DNA of 8,295 nt from Naegleria gruberi (Eukaryota). Positions 7,687 to 8,295 of this stretch are shown here, piece by piece. Numbering within the stretch: the stretch's first letter is position 1; the number at the start of each line of letters is the position of its first letter. Under the pieces are notes generated by a model. That model had not been told where the DNA came from. It made no database searches and saw only the letters and a program-made list of their open reading frames with translations. The translations under genes were made by a program, and so were the position numbers. The stretch is taken from assembly GCA_000004985.1 (NCBI GenBank), contig GG739074.1, one strand, 5' to 3'.

Positions 7687-8295
7687 AAGAATAATTCATT
7701 CTCAGTCAGTAGTGTAATTTTCAATGCAATTTCTTCCATTGCAGAGAATGATACCTCTTGTATTTGTTTCAAAAATAAAAATATATATCCCTCTGTTATA
7801 ATAGTGGTGTATAAACTCTGAGATTGAAAAAATATTTCATTATGACGACAATCAACAAGAGATTCAGTCACTGTTTTCTTAAATTTCTCCATTGCTTGAA
7901 AAATAATATCAAGTACCTGTTTGAAAAGAATAAAATTTTGTGGAGTAATTGGGGAAGTTTTCATGTGATCCCAAACACCTGGTAAAAGAAAATCTTCCAA
8001 TTTCATTGAGGTTGAGTGAAAAAATATCTTACTCAGACTTTCAAAAGTATTTTCCAAGCTCTGAACATTATTTTTGAATCTACTTGCAATTTGATCACGA
8101 TACCTTTCGAGTGGTTTGAAAAATTTGTGTTCCCTACCATCCTTATTATTCTCAATGTAAAAATTAATAATTACTAAATAATATTTCAATTTGTAGAGAT
8201 TACCTTCACCTATATATACAATTAAAAGTATGATTGCACTGGCAGCCCAATAAAATTCTGTTGAATAGTCTATTGACAATAGTGCAAATTCTTTA
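7687..8295 (-). CDS. Internal coding exon or exons of a minus-strand gene. It is partial, and the frame stays open past the window end at 8295. The product is uncharacterised.
   Basis: The minus frame is open for ~203 codons from the window edge: KEFALLSIDYSTEFYWAASAIILLIVYIGEGNLYKLKYY...AMEEIALKITLLTENELFL. The track start at 8279 is a TTG artefact. The frame terminates with TAA at 7685-7683, and that TAA is the AA-G-T part of a GTAAGT donor. Confidence 0.55.

Noticed and set aside
8141-8193. Possible 53-nt intron (GTAATC...CATTGAG) inside the 7687-8295 exon.
   Set aside because: The frame is already open through it, and 53 is not a multiple of 3, so splicing it would break the frame. It is treated as coding.
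7497-8279. ORF-track start codons at 7497, 8279 and 6599.
   Set aside because: All three are TTG, a bacterial alternative start used by the ORF caller. In a eukaryotic context they are not initiation sites. The open frames extend beyond them, so the ORFs are internal or terminal exons.
1-8295. Prokaryotic defence or novel-system interpretation (operon, toxin-antitoxin, phage-defence island).
   Set aside because: There are no back-to-back ORFs with RBS spacing. The open frames are interrupted exactly at consensus splice donors. The genes are far apart with TATA-like elements. The TTG-start ORFs are caller artefacts. The architecture is eukaryotic.

Overview
This window reads as AT-rich eukaryotic nuclear DNA, not a prokaryotic operon or defence island. 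The evidence is canonical GTAAGT intron donors placed exactly where open frames break, TATA-like elements, long non-coding stretches, and N/S-rich low-complexity coding. Positions 2280-6359 are a single 4,080-nt run of N (assembly gap or masked). The four 1,375-1,450-aa ORFs in the supplied track are therefore artefacts of translating N as X. The ORF caller also used bacterial TTG starts, so several listed ORF starts are not real initiation codons. The visible sequence supports six things. (1) A minus-strand exon at 436-810 with a hydrophobic, signal-anchor-like N-terminus and a Ser/Asn-rich tail; it ends exactly at a GTAAGT donor, and a 10-bp-unit tandem repeat sits in the AT-rich DNA beyond it. 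(2) A ~1.3-kb divergent intergenic region, 811-2147. (3) Within that region, the block 1050-2147 is clearly GC-richer than its surroundings, has no long ORF, and is dense in short ACGT-core palindromes. (4) A plus-strand open frame with ATG at 2148 (open from 2019) that runs into the gap. (5) A minus-strand open frame of 84 codons abutting the right edge of the gap. (6) The 3' part of a minus-strand multi-exon gene at 7279-8295. In that gene a 42-nt GTAAGT...AG intron removes three clustered in-frame stops, and a second, unresolved frame change lies at 7464-7506. I cannot recognise the protein family of any product without a database search. No rRNA, tRNA, snRNA, CRISPR array or transposon can be supported from the visible bases. 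Whatever lies inside the N-run cannot be assessed.
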